Positions 63,665 to 64,000 of a stretch of DNA of 64,000 nucleotides are shown piece by piece. Made by a program: the position numbers and the translations under genes. Within the stretch, counting starts at the first letter, position 1; the number at the start of each line of letters is the position of its first letter. The stretch comes from Syntrophales bacterium (GTDB taxonomy: Bacteria; Desulfobacterota; Syntrophia; Syntrophales; UBA6109): NCBI GenBank assembly GCA_035366835.1, contig DAOSIS010000002.1, positions 113,208-177,207 of the forward strand, read 5' to 3'. The notes below the pieces were generated by a model. It saw only the letters and a program-made list of their open reading frames with translations, made no database searches and was not told the origin of the DNA.

Positions 63665-64000
63665 TCACGCCAGCGGCCTGCCGCCGTTCAACAATTCATA
63701 GAGGTGAATGTATTCCGCAATCATGCCCGACAGGTCGTACTTCTGTCTGGCTTCCCGCATGATGCGCTGAAGTTGCGGTTCCTTGATCTCCGGCGGCTTG
63801 CGATGGAAACGGACGCTCTTTTCCAGCGCGTACCACAATCCTCCCCCGTCGTAGTCCCGGAAGAGAAAACCGTTGCCGACGTCCTGCGGCGCCCCCTCGC
63901 TCTTCAGCCTCAACTCCGTAATCTTGTCGTGGTAGCCGCCCGTGTCGCGGTTCGTCGCCGTCGCGCCGAAGAGATTTCCCACCTGGTCGATCTGGCCGCA
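63665..64000 (-). CDS. Glycosyltransferase C-terminus (glycogen-synthase-like); the 5' part lies outside the window
   Basis: The frame is open to the window edge (CGQIDQVGNLFGATATNRDTGGYHDKI...GNGFLF). The TGG..D and GF.F pattern is typical of GT-B glycogen/starch-synthase-like C-termini. Confidence 0.55.
   Translation of the reverse strand, partial: CGQIDQVGNLFGATATNRDTGGYHDKITELRLKSEGAPQDVGNGFLFRDYDGGGLWYALEKSVRFHRKPPEIKEPQLQRIMREARQKYDLSGMIAEYIHLYELLNGGRPLA

Overview
This is a 64-kb, visibly GC-rich chromosomal segment with dense, mostly housekeeping gene content. I see about 50 protein genes and one tRNA-Leu(UAA). I found no rRNA, CRISPR array, transposase, integrase or phage genes. Gene content points to an anaerobic deltaproteobacterium-type organism (Desulfobacterota/Syntrophia-like): indolepyruvate:ferredoxin oxidoreductase IorAB, a Mop-type molybdenum aldehyde oxidoreductase, an archaeal-type ApgM-like protein, an HMGL-family Re-citrate/homocitrate-synthase-like enzyme, two sigma54 two-component systems, and a DUF362 Fe-S protein. 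That placement is inference only.

Gene order, left to right:
- guaB (5' truncated), dnaE, UPF0280, cbpA-like
- a long minus-strand string: hom, apgM-like, thioesterase, TPR, iorA, iorB, TPR
- recG, purM-purN, a CrtI-like protein, pfk, rpmB, recJ
- a minus-strand block: sensor kinase, sigma54 response regulator, then a LIV-type ABC transporter interleaved with two adenylate-forming ligases, then two small membrane proteins
- comEC, hisS, aspS, the HMGL+Cache fusion enzyme, adk-uvrD
- an MBL / DUF362 / GNAT / DUF2156 / GloB-like group
- a kinase, regulator and chemoreceptor locus in which both the regulator and the chemoreceptor are frameshifted
- a SAM methyltransferase, a NifU-like protein, mop, tRNA-Leu, two tandem mtaD-like amidohydrolases, and a partial glycosyltransferase

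The strongest non-obvious signal is at 32717-32920 on the minus strand. It reads as promoter, then a Shine-Dalgarno site, then a 25-codon ORF with FFGFFTYF (every Phe codon is TTT), then mutually exclusive 1:2 / 2:3 / 3:4 helices ending in a GC-rich terminator with a U8 tract. All of this sits just upstream of the ABC/ligase operon. It looks like a ribosome-mediated, Phe-sensing attenuator.

Many very long antisense or alternate-frame ORFs in the track are GC-driven shadow ORFs, and I rejected them. All calls come from reading the sequence and recognising protein families by eye. No searches or folding computations were run.
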